A DNA stretch of 64,000 nucleotides, taken from Gemmatimonadales bacterium. Its GTDB lineage: Bacteria > Gemmatimonadota > Gemmatimonadetes > Gemmatimonadales > GWC2-71-9. Position 1 is the stretch's first letter, and every line of letters starts with the position of its first letter. The notes under the pieces were generated by a model. The model saw only the letters and a program-made list of their open reading frames with translations. It made no database searches and was not told the origin of the DNA. Shown here in pieces: positions 50,274 to 61,491 of this stretch. Location: the NCBI GenBank assembly GCA_965249575.1, contig OZ252244.1, forward strand, positions 768,001 through 832,000. Reading direction: 5' to 3'. A program made the position numbers and the translations under genes.

Positions 50274-50678
50274 CTAGGCGCGCGGGGCCGCCTCATAGCG
50301 GGACCCGCACTTCGCGAGGAGGGTGGTGGCGTGAAAGACACCATCGGGCTCCAATCGGCCCTCGACCACCACATCGACGTCATCGGTAAAGGTGTCGGGA
50401 GCGAGTCCCCGATAGACCACGGCGTAGTCTTGCTGGCCATCCGTCACTTCGAACGAAACCGTCTGGGTAGCGACGTCACGCCGGATGGTGCCGTTCACGA
50501 CCCGTGCGCCCATCTTGACGCCGACGCTACGGAACGAGGGGTCGACGTCCACCTTGGCCGCGAGCTCCGACGGCGTGAGGAAGTACTGGCCTGTTTCCTT
50601 GATTCCGGTCGCCATCAGATAGCTAACGGCCCCGACAATGAGGGTGGCACTCAGTATGAACTTCGTCTTGGGAGACAT
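50274..50678 (-). CDS. ccmE: Heme chaperone CcmE, CxxxY variant
   Basis: PDTF..VVVEG..FHATTLLAKCGSRY. Confidence 0.93.
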   Translation of the reverse strand: MSPKTKFILSATLIVGAVSYLMATGIKETGQYFLTPSELAAKVDVDPSFRSVGVKMGARVVNGTIRRDVATQTVSFEVTDGQQDYAVVYRGLAPDTFTDDVDVVVEGRLEPDGVFHATTLLAKCGSRYEAAPRA

Positions 50679-50805
50679 TGCGTCACCGTTGCACTCAATA
50701 GAACGAGGTCGCCGCGAAGGCGCGTGGCAGCCCCGAAACCTATATCACTCTAAATGTAAGCAGGTTCCGTAGGAAGAGGGAAGACACTAGATACTCGCGA
50801 GGGCG

Positions 50806-52281
50806 TCAAGTCCGGGCCCAATGTAGGGCCGCGCCGACCGCTCGGCGCCATTCCGCATACCCTGCCTCCCGCTCGCCAGCAGGCTCGAAGTCGGCGTATC
50901 GCCGGGTCGCTAGAAAGCTGCTTGGCTCGTCCCAGACCCCAGCCGCCAGGCCCGCCAAGCCTGCCGCCCCGAGGGCGGTGGTCTCAACCACGTCCGGCCG
51001 GGTAACTCGAACCCCCAGCACGTCGGCCTGAAACTGCATGAGCCAGTCGTTGGCGGCCGCGCCGCCATCAGCCTTCACCTCTGCCAGAGATACGCCTGAT
51101 GCGGCCGACATGGCATCGGCTACCTCCTTGGCGCTGAAGGCCATCGCCTCGAGCGCAGCCCGAACCAGGTGATGCTTATCCGTGCCTCGGGTGAGCCCGA
51201 CGATCGTCCCGCGGGCCTGTGCCTCCCAGTGCGGTGCACCGAGCCCTACGAAGGCGGGCACGAAGTAGACACCACCCGTGTCAGCAACGGCTCGCGCAAT
51301 CCCCTCCGTCTCCGAGGCGTGGGTGATGATTCCCAGACCGTCACGGAGCCACTGCACTGCCGCTCCAGCGATGAAGATCGCGCCCTCGAGGGCGTAGGCC
51401 GGCCCTCCGGTCGCGTCGCACGCGACGGTGGTCAGGATTCCGGACTGCGATGTCAATGTGCCGGGGTCTTTGCCGACGTTGAGCAGTAGAAACGCCCCGG
51501 TTCCGTAGGTGCACTTCGCCAAGCCCGGCGTCCAGCACCCTTGCCCATAGAGTGCCGCCTGCTGATCGCCCGCGATGCCGGCAATCGGCATCTCGCTGCC
51601 GAGGTGCTTTCCGTCGGCAAGCCCGACGATCTCGGACGAGCGCCGAACCTCGGGGAGCGACCACCTCGGGACACCGAACAGTCCGAGCAGCTCGTCGTCC
51701 CAGCCCATGCGGTGGATGTTGTACAGGAGCGTGCGGGAGGCGTTCGTGTGGTCGGTGACGAACGACCCTCCGGACGTCAGGCGGTACGCGAGCCACGAAT
51801 CGATCGTACCGAAAACCGCCTCACCATCCTCAGCTCGGGCACGGAGGTCGGGAACCGAGTCGAGGAGCCATTCGATCTTCGTCGCCGAGAAATACGGGTC
51901 CCACACGAGACCCGTCCGGCTCCTGACGTATTCGGCGCCGAGTTCCTTCGCGAGCGCGTCGCAGCGATCTGTCGTGCGGCGGTCCTGCCACACGATCGCT
52001 CGATGGAGGGGTTCGCCAGTCTTGCGGTTCCACACGACGACGGTTTCGCGCTGATTCGTAATCCCGATCGCGGAGGGCACCTCCTCTGACCGCGAGAGGG
52101 CCTCCCGTGCCGCCGCGATCGTCACCTGCCAGATTTGCTCGGGGTCGTGCTCGACCCACCCTGGCTGCGGGAAGTGCTGAGTGAACTCCTGGTAGCCGCG
52201 ACCCAGTAACGAGCCGTCCTGACCCACCAATAACGCGGTCGATCCGGTGGTTCCCTGGTCGAGTGCCAGCACGCTGCTCAC
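50806..52281 (-). CDS. glpK: Glycerol kinase
   Basis: ALDQGTTGS, GITNQRET, GDQQAAL and YGTGAF. Confidence 0.97.
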   Translation of the reverse strand: MSSVLALDQGTTGSTALLVGQDGSLLGRGYQEFTQHFPQPGWVEHDPEQIWQVTIAAAREALSRSEEVPSAIGITNQRETVVVWNRKTGEPLHRAIVWQDRRTTDRCDALAKELGAEYVRSRTGLVWDPYFSATKIEWLLDSVPDLRARAEDGEAVFGTIDSWLAYRLTSGGSFVTDHTNASRTLLYNIHRMGWDDELLGLFGVPRWSLPEVRRSSEIVGLADGKHLGSEMPIAGIAGDQQAALYGQGCWTPGLAKCTYGTGAFLLLNVGKDPGTLTSQSGILTTVACDATGGPAYALEGAIFIAGAAVQWLRDGLGIITHASETEGIARAVADTGGVYFVPAFVGLGAPHWEAQARGTIVGLTRGTDKHHLVRAALEAMAFSAKEVADAMSAASGVSLAEVKADGGAAANDWLMQFQADVLGVRVTRPDVVETTALGAAGLAGLAAGVWDEPSSFLATRRYADFEPAGEREAGYAEWRRAVGAALHWART

Positions 52282-52357
52282 AACGACTCCGGAAGGGACG
52301 ACGGACGCTGCGAGGCGGGCTCGACCACGCCACCCATCGGTCGGCTCTGCAGACCCG

Positions 52358-53401
52358 TCAGTCCCATAGTCTCCGTAACGCCTCGTCGAAGGGGGGAACG
52401 ACTACCCCACGATCCGTGAGGAATGCGCTGATCAAACTACCTGGCGTTACATCGAAGGCGGGATTGAATGCCTCCGCCCCCTTTGCCGCCGGTATCTCCG
52501 CCGGGTCGCGCACCTCGATGGGGATCGACTCGCCGGATGGACTCTCGAGGTCGACGGTGCTGTGAGGGGCCGCAACGTAGAAAGGAATGCCGTGGGCCCT
52601 TGCGGCGACGGCCAGCGAGTACGTTCCGATTTTGTTGGCCGTGTCTCCATTGGCCGCTATTCGGTCCGCCCCCACGATCACCAGGTCCACATCCCCCCGC
52701 GACATCACGAACGCAGCGGCGCTATCCACCACGACCCGGCAGGAGATCCCGGCCTCGTGTAGCTCCCAGGCCGTCAACCGGCTCCCCTGATTGAGGGGTC
52801 GCGCCTCGCACGCCACGACTTGAACGTCTTTGCCCCGGTCGCGAGCCGCGTATACCGCCCCGAGCGCAGTCCCGATACCACCCGTGGCCAGCCGACCCGC
52901 GTTGCAGTGGGTCAATACGGTCGCACCGTGCGTAATGCGGGACGCGCCCGACTCGCCAATGGCCTGGCACATGGCCGCGTCTTCATCCCAGATGTGCTGG
53001 GCCTCGGCCCGGACCGCCCGGACCACACCCTCGGGTTCAGCCCCCTCGGCAACGGCTCGGGCCGCAATACGCCGCACCCGCTCGACCGCCCAGCGGAGAT
53101 TCACCGCCGTCGGTCGGGCCCCGGCAATACGCTCGGCGGTTTCATCGAACCATTCGCCCGTCAGCGGATTGTCACGGCCACCGCTCACCGCCACGCGCCG
53201 CTCCCGCTCGGCAGCGGCGGCGATGCCCATCGCCGCCGCGATGCCGATGAGGGGCGCACCACGGACTCGAAGAGACTGGATAGCCTCAACCATCCCCTCC
53301 ACCGTGTCGATGTCCACGTGGGTTACTTCGCCCGGAAGACGAGTTTGATCGAGGAGCCGCACTCCCCCGGCATCAGTCCACCCGATGGTTTCCGACTGCA
53401 T
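52358..53401 (-). CDS. mtnA: Methylthioribose-1-phosphate isomerase
   Basis: VRGAPLIG, RPTAVNL, LTHCNAG and NKIGTY. Confidence 0.96.
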   Translation of the reverse strand: MQSETIGWTDAGGVRLLDQTRLPGEVTHVDIDTVEGMVEAIQSLRVRGAPLIGIAAAMGIAAAAERERRVAVSGGRDNPLTGEWFDETAERIAGARPTAVNLRWAVERVRRIAARAVAEGAEPEGVVRAVRAEAQHIWDEDAAMCQAIGESGASRITHGATVLTHCNAGRLATGGIGTALGAVYAARDRGKDVQVVACEARPLNQGSRLTAWELHEAGISCRVVVDSAAAFVMSRGDVDLVIVGADRIAANGDTANKIGTYSLAVAARAHGIPFYVAAPHSTVDLESPSGESIPIEVRDPAEIPAAKGAEAFNPAFDVTPGSLISAFLTDRGVVVPPFDEALRRLWD

Positions 53402-53409
53402 AGCCTCGA

Positions 53410-53442
53410 AAACTACCGTCGATTTCCCCCGTTCGTTAGCTT
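53410..53442. promoter_or_regulatory. Back-to-back -10 elements of the divergent leaderless-type mtnA and enoyl-CoA hydratase genes
   Basis: TAGTTT, 8 nt, ATG on the minus strand and TAGCTT, 6 nt, ATG on the plus strand, within a 47-bp gap lacking an SD. Confidence 0.5.
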
Positions 53443-53448
53443 GACTTC

Positions 53449-54231
53449 ATGGCTTACGAACTCCTTCTCTTCGACGTCGAACGCCGCATCGCCCGTGTAA
53501 CTTTCAACCGGCCCGAAAAGCTCAACGCCCTCAACGATGCGGTGGTCAGCGAGCTCAGCGACGCGGTCGAAGAGATCGCGACGCGCGATGACATCGGCGG
53601 CGCAATTCTCGTCGGGGCTGGGAACAAAGCGTTCGTAGCGGGTGCCGACATCAAGGAACTCGCAAGGCAGGGACCCTTCGACGGAAAGGCGCGCGCGCTC
53701 AGGGGACAATCGGTTCTCCGCCGGCTGGAAACCTGCGGAAAACCGGTCATCGCGGCGATCAACGGCTTCGCGCTGGGCGGGGGATGCGAGCTCGCGATGG
53801 CCTGCCACATCCGGATCGCCAGCGAGAAGGCGAGGTTCGGCCAGCCAGAGGTCAAGCTCGGGATTGCACCCGGCTACGGGGGCACCCAACGTCTGACCCG
53901 CCTCGTGGGCAAAGGGCGGGCGCTCGAGCTCATCACGACCGGTCGCATGATCGATGCCGAGGAGGCCCTCCGCATCGGTTTGGTCACACGAGTAGTTCCA
54001 GCCGACAAGCTGTTGGCCAAAGCCAAGGAGACGCTCGAGACCATACTGGCTATGGGGCCGCGTGCTGTCGAGCTGGCAATTGAAGCCGTCGACCTCGGGC
54101 TGGACATGTCGCTCGAGGAGGGACTGTTGCTCGAGGCAAACCACTTCGGCCTCCTTGCCGCCACCAACGACATGCGAGAGGGAATGGCCGCGTTCCTGGA
54201 GAAGCGCGAGGCGAAGTTCACTGGGAAGTAG
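53449..54231 (+). CDS. Enoyl-CoA hydratase (crotonase family)
   Basis: NRPEKLNAL, AFVAGADI, GGGCELAMAC and QPEVKLG. Confidence 0.95.
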   Translation: MAYELLLFDVERRIARVTFNRPEKLNALNDAVVSELSDAVEEIATRDDIGGAILVGAGNKAFVAGADIKELARQGPFDGKARALRGQSVLRRLETCGKPVIAAINGFALGGGCELAMACHIRIASEKARFGQPEVKLGIAPGYGGTQRLTRLVGKGRALELITTGRMIDAEEALRIGLVTRVVPADKLLAKAKETLETILAMGPRAVELAIEAVDLGLDMSLEEGLLLEANHFGLLAATNDMREGMAAFLEKREAKFTGK

Positions 54232-54244
54232 GGCGGAGGCGCCG

Positions 54245-54709
54245 GTGCAGTCGTTCTTGGTCGAAGCGGGCTTCGCGCGCGTTGCGGTGACGACCAAGGG
54301 ACCAACGGTGACGGGCATCGAGCTCCGTCCGGCAGGAGGACGGGAGGCGGCGACACCGTTCGAGCGTCTCGTCGAGCGTGAGCTCCAGGAGTACGGCGCT
54401 GGATCCAGATTCCACTTCACGTTCCCGCTCTCCCCGAGCGGGACCGCGTTCCAGATGTCGGTGTGGGACCGGCTGCTCGCGATTCCCTACGGGGAGACGC
54501 GCACGTACGGAGAGGTCGCACGAGAGTTGCAGAAGCCGGGCGCTGCACGAGCGGTGGGCGCCGCCAACCACGCCAACCCCATTCCAATCGTGATCCCGTG
54601 CCACCGCGTGGTGGCCACCGGAGGTGGACTGGGCGGATACGGAGGTGGCGTGGCGCTCAAGCACCGGCTGCTCGCACTGGAGGCCGCTGCACGACCCGCA
54701 TTGCGGTAG
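54245..54709 (+). CDS. ogt: Methylated-DNA--protein-cysteine methyltransferase
   Basis: IPYGETRTY, ARAVG and IPCHRV; GTG at 54245 after GGAGG. Confidence 0.94.
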   Translation: MQSFLVEAGFARVAVTTKGPTVTGIELRPAGGREAATPFERLVERELQEYGAGSRFHFTFPLSPSGTAFQMSVWDRLLAIPYGETRTYGEVARELQKPGAARAVGAANHANPIPIVIPCHRVVATGGGLGGYGGGVALKHRLLALEAAARPALR

Positions 54710-54789
54710 ATGCCTCTGTCGTCGCCGGGCGCAGACGAAATGCGTGCGTATTGGCTGCGTTTTCGGTCACCGAGCGCGAGGCTGCCAAG

Positions 54790-54818
54790 TTGACCGAGCA
54801 CCGGGAATCTGGTATTTT
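54790..54818 (+). promoter_or_regulatory. Sigma70-type promoter upstream of recF
   Basis: TTGACC, 17 nt (ending TGG, extended -10), TATTTT. Confidence 0.7.
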
Positions 54819-54847
54819 TCGGTGTGCAAAGCGTCGAGCGCGGCGAA

Positions 54848-54886
54848 GCCGCGGTGCGCCGGGCGGCGTTCCGTGGCGTTTTTTTT
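54848..54886 (+). terminator. Intrinsic terminator in the recF leader
   Basis: GCCGCGG-tg-CGCC-gggc-GGCG-tt-CCGTGGC followed by T8. Confidence 0.7.
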
Positions 54887-54988
54887 GGATCAGGCACGGA
54901 GGACGGGGATATCCCGACCGCAGGGTCGGATGTCCCGTCCGAAGCGCCCGATACCGCTCCCACCAACACGAGGTCGCCACTCTCCAGC

Positions 54989-56059
54989 GTGCAGGTAGCG
55001 GAACTCAACATCCGTAACTTTCGCAATCTCGCACAGCTCGATCTGGCAGTGCCATCCACTGGGATGGTCATCGTGGGAGACAACGGGCATGGGAAGACGA
55101 ACCTGCTCGAGGCGATCTACTACTTGGTGTTGTTTCGTTCCATTCGGGGAGTGAGTGATTCCGAACTCGTGTGTTTCGGGGAGCGTGGGTTTTTCGTGGG
55201 GGCCGACGGCAGGGTCAGGGTAACTGCGGGCTACGAGCTGGGACAGCGGCGAAAGAAAGTGACCGTCGACGGGCAGGAGATACGGAAGTTGGGGGAGGCG
55301 GTTGGCGCACTCACCGCGGTGTCGTTCTCGCCCGCGGACCGGGTGATCGTTGCTGGAGGTCCCGGGGGAAGGCGGCGCTATCTCGACGTCCTCCTGTCGC
55401 TGAGCGTACCTGGGTATCTGGCGAGTCTATCTCGCATGCGCGCCGCGTTGAAACAGCGCAACGCGGCGCTTCGCCGGGGGGAGACGGCCGCTGCCCGGGC
55501 CTTCGACGATCCATTCGTTGCGGCGGCGGAGTTTGTGGTGCTCGCCCGCACGGCTTGGGTGTCACGTTGGAGCAGCCGGTTCGGCGAGTTGTGCGGGGCG
55601 CTGGGCGAGCCCGGCGAGGTGGGCGTGCGGTATCACAGCCAGTCACACGCTGATCCGCACGACGGAACGGGGTTACGTGCCCTGCTCGATCTCGCCTTGG
55701 AAAGGGACACGAGAAGGGGAGCCACAACGGTGGGGCCTCATCGTCATGACCTGGAGATCACCCTGGACGGGCGCCATCTTCGATCCTACGGCTCCGCCGG
55801 CCAACAACGCACCGCGGCCATCGCACTCAGGTTGCTGGAGGCCGAGACCCTCGCGACGGCGACGAATCGGATCCCCATCGCACTGTACGACGACGTGTTT
55901 GCAGAGCTGGACGACGGCCGGCAGGCGCGGTTGGTCGAGTTGATCGGGGAAACGCTTCCGGGACAAACGGTCGTCACGGCACCTCGGGAATCAGAAGTGC
56001 CTACCGCGCTCCTTCAACGGCCGCGGTGGCGGATACGGGCGGGAACCATTGTCCGATAA
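54989..56059 (+). CDS. recF: DNA replication/repair protein RecF
   Basis: NFRNL, GDNGHGKTNLLEAI, GPHRHDL, GSAGQQR and DDVFAELD; likely GTG start at 54989. Confidence 0.95.
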   Translation: MQVAELNIRNFRNLAQLDLAVPSTGMVIVGDNGHGKTNLLEAIYYLVLFRSIRGVSDSELVCFGERGFFVGADGRVRVTAGYELGQRRKKVTVDGQEIRKLGEAVGALTAVSFSPADRVIVAGGPGGRRRYLDVLLSLSVPGYLASLSRMRAALKQRNAALRRGETAAARAFDDPFVAAAEFVVLARTAWVSRWSSRFGELCGALGEPGEVGVRYHSQSHADPHDGTGLRALLDLALERDTRRGATTVGPHRHDLEITLDGRHLRSYGSAGQQRTAAIALRLLEAETLATATNRIPIALYDDVFAELDDGRQARLVELIGETLPGQTVVTAPRESEVPTALLQRPRWRIRAGTIVR

Positions 56060-56342
56060 GCCCGCCGCCCGTGTGGGCGACGCCATCGCCGGATACCTGG
56101 CTCGCTCCGGACTGAAGCAGCGTGTCGATCAGGCCAGCGTGGTCGCCGAGTGGCCAGAGCTCGTCGGTCCACAAGTCGCGCGCGTGACGATTCCCGATGC
56201 CGTGACCGGGGACGGCACCCTCTTCGTACGAGTGCGCTCGACGGCCTGGATGCAGGAGTTGCAATTGCTATCGCCCACCGTTTTGGCCCAGCTCGCGAAG
56301 CGCGGGAAGCGGATCCGGCGGATCATCTGGCGTGCGGACTAG
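56049..56342 (+). CDS. DUF721/DciA family protein
   Basis: WPELVG..LFVRVRSTAWMQELQL; typical recF-DUF721-gyrB position. Confidence 0.88.
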   Translation: MSDKPAARVGDAIAGYLARSGLKQRVDQASVVAEWPELVGPQVARVTIPDAVTGDGTLFVRVRSTAWMQELQLLSPTVLAQLAKRGKRIRRIIWRAD

Positions 56343-56360
56343 GACACCGGAACGATCTGA

Positions 56361-58337
<1,977 letters not shown>

Positions 58338-58369
58338 CCACCGGACACCCTCGATGCTAGGAGCGCAGG

Positions 58370-60058
58370 GTGGCTGAGCGCGTTTGGCACAAACACTACG
58401 ATTCCGGCGTGCCGGCCGAAATCGACTTCGACGATCGGACAGTCGTCGACTACTTCCAAGACGCGGTCGCCTCCTGCGAAGACCGCACCGCGCTGATCTT
58501 CATCAACGGACGTCTCAGCTACTGGGAGCTCAAGGACGAGGTCGACCGGCTGGCTACCGCCCTCGCATCCATGGGAGTCGGGCGCGGCAGCCGCGTCGCC
58601 ATCCAGCTTCCGAACTTGCCGCAGACGGTGATCGGATACTACGCCGTCCTCCGGCTGGGGGCCCACGCGGTTCCCACCAACCCGCTGTACGTGGGGGGGG
58701 AAATCGAGCATCAATGGAACGATGCCAGGTGCAAGGCGGCCATCGTCGCTGATTTCCTCTTCGAGAGCCGAGTGAAAGCCATCCGCGACAAGGTGCCGGT
58801 GGAGAACTACATCGTCGCCTCCGTTCCGGAGTATCTGCGATTCCCCTTGAACCTTCTCGCGCCCATCAAGCTCCGGCGGGCCCGCCCGCCTATGATTGCT
58901 CGGGTCGAGCCAGGCCCCGGGATTTCGTTCTTCCGAAGGCTCGTTCGTGAAACACCTCCAACCCCTCCAACGGTCGAGCTCGACTTGGACGATGCCGCGG
59001 TCCTGCTATACACGGGCGGCACCACCGGCGTCTCTAAAGGCGCCATGCTCTCGCACCGGAACATCTCAAGCAATGTGCAACAGCTTCGAGCCTGGTTTCC
59101 CCAGCTCGAGCATGGCACTGAGGTTCAACTGGCAGCGCTTCCCTTCTTTCATTCATTTGGTATGACGGTAGCGATGAACTTCCCGATCTCCATAGGCGCG
59201 ACCCTCGTGCTCATCCCGAACCCCCGGGACATTGGCAACGTCGTCCGAAGCATGGAGAAGCACCACGCGACCCTCGCACCGGCCGTGCCGGCGATGTTCA
59301 ACGCCATCAATCAGCACCCCGGGATCGACAAAGTGGATTTGAGCAGTATTAAGATCTGCAACTCGGGTTCGGCGCCTTTACCGGTGCAGGTCCTGGAGCG
59401 GTTCGAGGAGCTCACAGGCGGGAAGATCGTCGAGGGATACGGCCTTACGGAGACCTCTCCCGTGGCCCATTGCAATCCCCTTGCAGGATTGCGAAAGGTC
59501 GGCAGCATCGGCGTCCCCCTTCCGAACACGGACGCCAAGATCGTGGATGTAGAAGACGGTACGAGCGAAATGCCGGTCGGTCAGGAAGGGGAGCTGATCC
59601 TGCGAGGGCCACAGGTCATGCAGGGATACGCCAACATGCCGGAGGAAACCGCGAACGCACTGCGCGACGGTTGGCTGTACACCGGCGACCTCGCGACGAC
59701 GGACGAAGACGGCTACTTCAGGATCGTCGGCCGCAAGAAGGACATGATCGTCGTGAGCGGGTTCAAGGTCTTCCCCGATGAGGTCGACGACGCCCTCATG
59801 GGACACCCGGCGGTGCTCGAAGCCGCCACGATTGGGATCCCGGACGAAAAGCGGGGTGAGACCGTGAAGACCTTCGTGGTCTTGAAGCCGGGCGCCACCG
59901 CCACGGCCGAGGAACTCATCGCATATTCTCGAGAGAAACTCGCGGCGTACAAGATTCCCAGGGCCATCGAGTTCCGGGAGGACCTCCCGAAGAGCACCGT
60001 CCTCAAGGTCCTGAGGCGGCAGCTACGGGATGAAGAAGTCCGCCGCGCATCGGCCTAG
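58370..60058 (+). CDS. Long-chain fatty acid--CoA ligase
   Basis: YTGGTTGVSKG, EGYGLTE, TGD and GRKKDMI. Confidence 0.94.
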   Translation: MAERVWHKHYDSGVPAEIDFDDRTVVDYFQDAVASCEDRTALIFINGRLSYWELKDEVDRLATALASMGVGRGSRVAIQLPNLPQTVIGYYAVLRLGAHAVPTNPLYVGGEIEHQWNDARCKAAIVADFLFESRVKAIRDKVPVENYIVASVPEYLRFPLNLLAPIKLRRARPPMIARVEPGPGISFFRRLVRETPPTPPTVELDLDDAAVLLYTGGTTGVSKGAMLSHRNISSNVQQLRAWFPQLEHGTEVQLAALPFFHSFGMTVAMNFPISIGATLVLIPNPRDIGNVVRSMEKHHATLAPAVPAMFNAINQHPGIDKVDLSSIKICNSGSAPLPVQVLERFEELTGGKIVEGYGLTETSPVAHCNPLAGLRKVGSIGVPLPNTDAKIVDVEDGTSEMPVGQEGELILRGPQVMQGYANMPEETANALRDGWLYTGDLATTDEDGYFRIVGRKKDMIVVSGFKVFPDEVDDALMGHPAVLEAATIGIPDEKRGETVKTFVVLKPGATATAEELIAYSREKLAAYKIPRAIEFREDLPKSTVLKVLRRQLRDEEVRRASA

Positions 60059-60071
60059 GCATCCGGACGCC

Positions 60072-60806
60072 GTGACCCTCTCAACGCTCGGGGTGGTTAG
60101 CCGAGCTGTGGTGTCCTGCCAGCGCTGCCCCCGCCTCCGAGCGCACTGCACCCGGGTAGCGCACCAGAAGCGGCGCCAGTTCCTCGATCAGCACTATTGG
60201 GGCAGGCCGGTCCCCTCGTTTGGCGACCCCAGGGCCAGATTCCTGATCGTGGGCCTCGCACCGGCAGCACACGGTGCCAACCGCACGGGCCGCATGTTTA
60301 CCGGGGATTCGAGCGGGGACTGGCTCTACGGGGCGCTCCATCAGTTCGGGTTCAGTAATCAAGCCCGCTCGACCAGCAGCAACGATGGGCTCCAGCTCGA
60401 GGATTGCTTCATCGCCGCAGCGGCGCGATGCGCGCCGCCCGACAACCGACCCACAGCAGCTGAATTGGCGAACTGTCGTGGCTTCCTCACCGCGGAACTC
60501 GCGTTGCTCAAAAGGGTCGTGGTCGTTCTCACGCTCGGACGGATCGGGTATGAGGCGTGGCTCAAGGCGAGCGGATGGTGGAGTACGCTGCCGGTCAGTG
60601 ACCGTCCCGCGTTCGGCCATGGGACGGAGTCCCGGCTCTCTGATGGAACGACACTGATTTGCTCGTACCACCCGAGCCGGCAGAACACCAATACCGGACG
60701 GCTCACCCGCCGCATGTGGCACGCGGTCTTTCGTCGGGCCCATTCGATCCTGGATGGTCGAGCGGCTCGGGAGAAAGGGAGCCGTGACCCGAGCGCGCGT
60801 AGGTGA
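60072..60806 (+). CDS. Uracil-DNA glycosylase, family 5 (UdgB-like, Fe-S)
   Basis: CQRCPRL, GLAPAAHGANRTGRMFTGD, RCAPP and YHPS. Confidence 0.92.
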   Translation: MTLSTLGVVSRAVVSCQRCPRLRAHCTRVAHQKRRQFLDQHYWGRPVPSFGDPRARFLIVGLAPAAHGANRTGRMFTGDSSGDWLYGALHQFGFSNQARSTSSNDGLQLEDCFIAAAARCAPPDNRPTAAELANCRGFLTAELALLKRVVVVLTLGRIGYEAWLKASGWWSTLPVSDRPAFGHGTESRLSDGTTLICSYHPSRQNTNTGRLTRRMWHAVFRRAHSILDGRAAREKGSRDPSARR

Positions 60807-60878
60807 CCAACCGCTCGAGTGGATCGGGCCGCGCATTCTGGTCGTCTTCGAGCCTCAGCCGCGGGAGGGTTTGTCCAG

Positions 60879-61460
60879 ATGTTCAGCCCAGTTCACCGAG
60901 CCGCTAGTGTTGCTGCGATTGGCCTATTCGGGTCCCTGCTCGCCAATGACGCGCATGGACAAGTGGCCGTCCACCCCTCAACCGTGGCGCCCGCCGCCTG
61001 GGAGCGATTCGCCATCCGGGTCGTCGGCCGAGAAGACGGCGCAATAATCGGGATCCGGGTCGACGTTCCCGAGGCCATCGCCGTGCTCGGGGTCGAAGGG
61101 ACGCCCGCGCGCTGGAGCGCCCAGTTGATCGAAGCCACCGATTCCACGCCGCAGGCCATCGCGTGGTCCGGCGGGCTATTGGCCTATCGGCAGTTTCGGG
61201 AGTTCGCCTTTCTAGGACGGGTGATGGGACACTCGAAACGAAACCAGCTCGTATTCCCGATTCGACTCACACTGGAAGATGGCCGCGAGGTTCCGTGGCG
61301 AGGAGGGCGGGGAGACCCACGACCGGCACCCAGAGTTCAGATAGTGGGGACTGCGCGCGTGTCGGCTGGTGGAGCACTGGCGGCGGCGGGGGTCGCTTTC
61401 GCGATCGCCCTCATCGCCCTGGCGGTGGCCGGCGGGAAGAAAAAGGGGCCGAACGGATGA
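60879..61460 (+). CDS. YcnI/DUF1775-like exported protein with a C-terminal TM anchor
   Basis: Signal peptide, VAVHP…ERFAIRV, IAWSGG, QFREFAF, PAPRV and a TM; ATG at 60879 after GGGAGG. Confidence 0.7.
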   Translation: MFSPVHRAASVAAIGLFGSLLANDAHGQVAVHPSTVAPAAWERFAIRVVGREDGAIIGIRVDVPEAIAVLGVEGTPARWSAQLIEATDSTPQAIAWSGGLLAYRQFREFAFLGRVMGHSKRNQLVFPIRLTLEDGREVPWRGGRGDPRPAPRVQIVGTARVSAGGALAAAGVAFAIALIALAVAGGKKKGPNG

Positions 61461-61467
61461 GTAACCG

Positions 61468-61490
61468 GCTCCGTGCCTCACGGAGCTTCT
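61468..61490. terminator. Hairpin between convergent genes
   Basis: GCTCCGTG-cct-CACGGAGC-TTCT. Confidence 0.45.
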
Positions 61491-61491
61491 G

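Noticed and set aside
54710..54988. oriC near recF-gyrB
   Set aside because: dnaA and dnaN are absent, and I saw no TTATCCACA-type box cluster or AT-rich unwinding element.
54824..54988. 55-aa N-terminal extension of RecF in the ORF track
   Set aside because: It runs through the terminator and T8 tract; RecF homology begins at the GTG at 54989.
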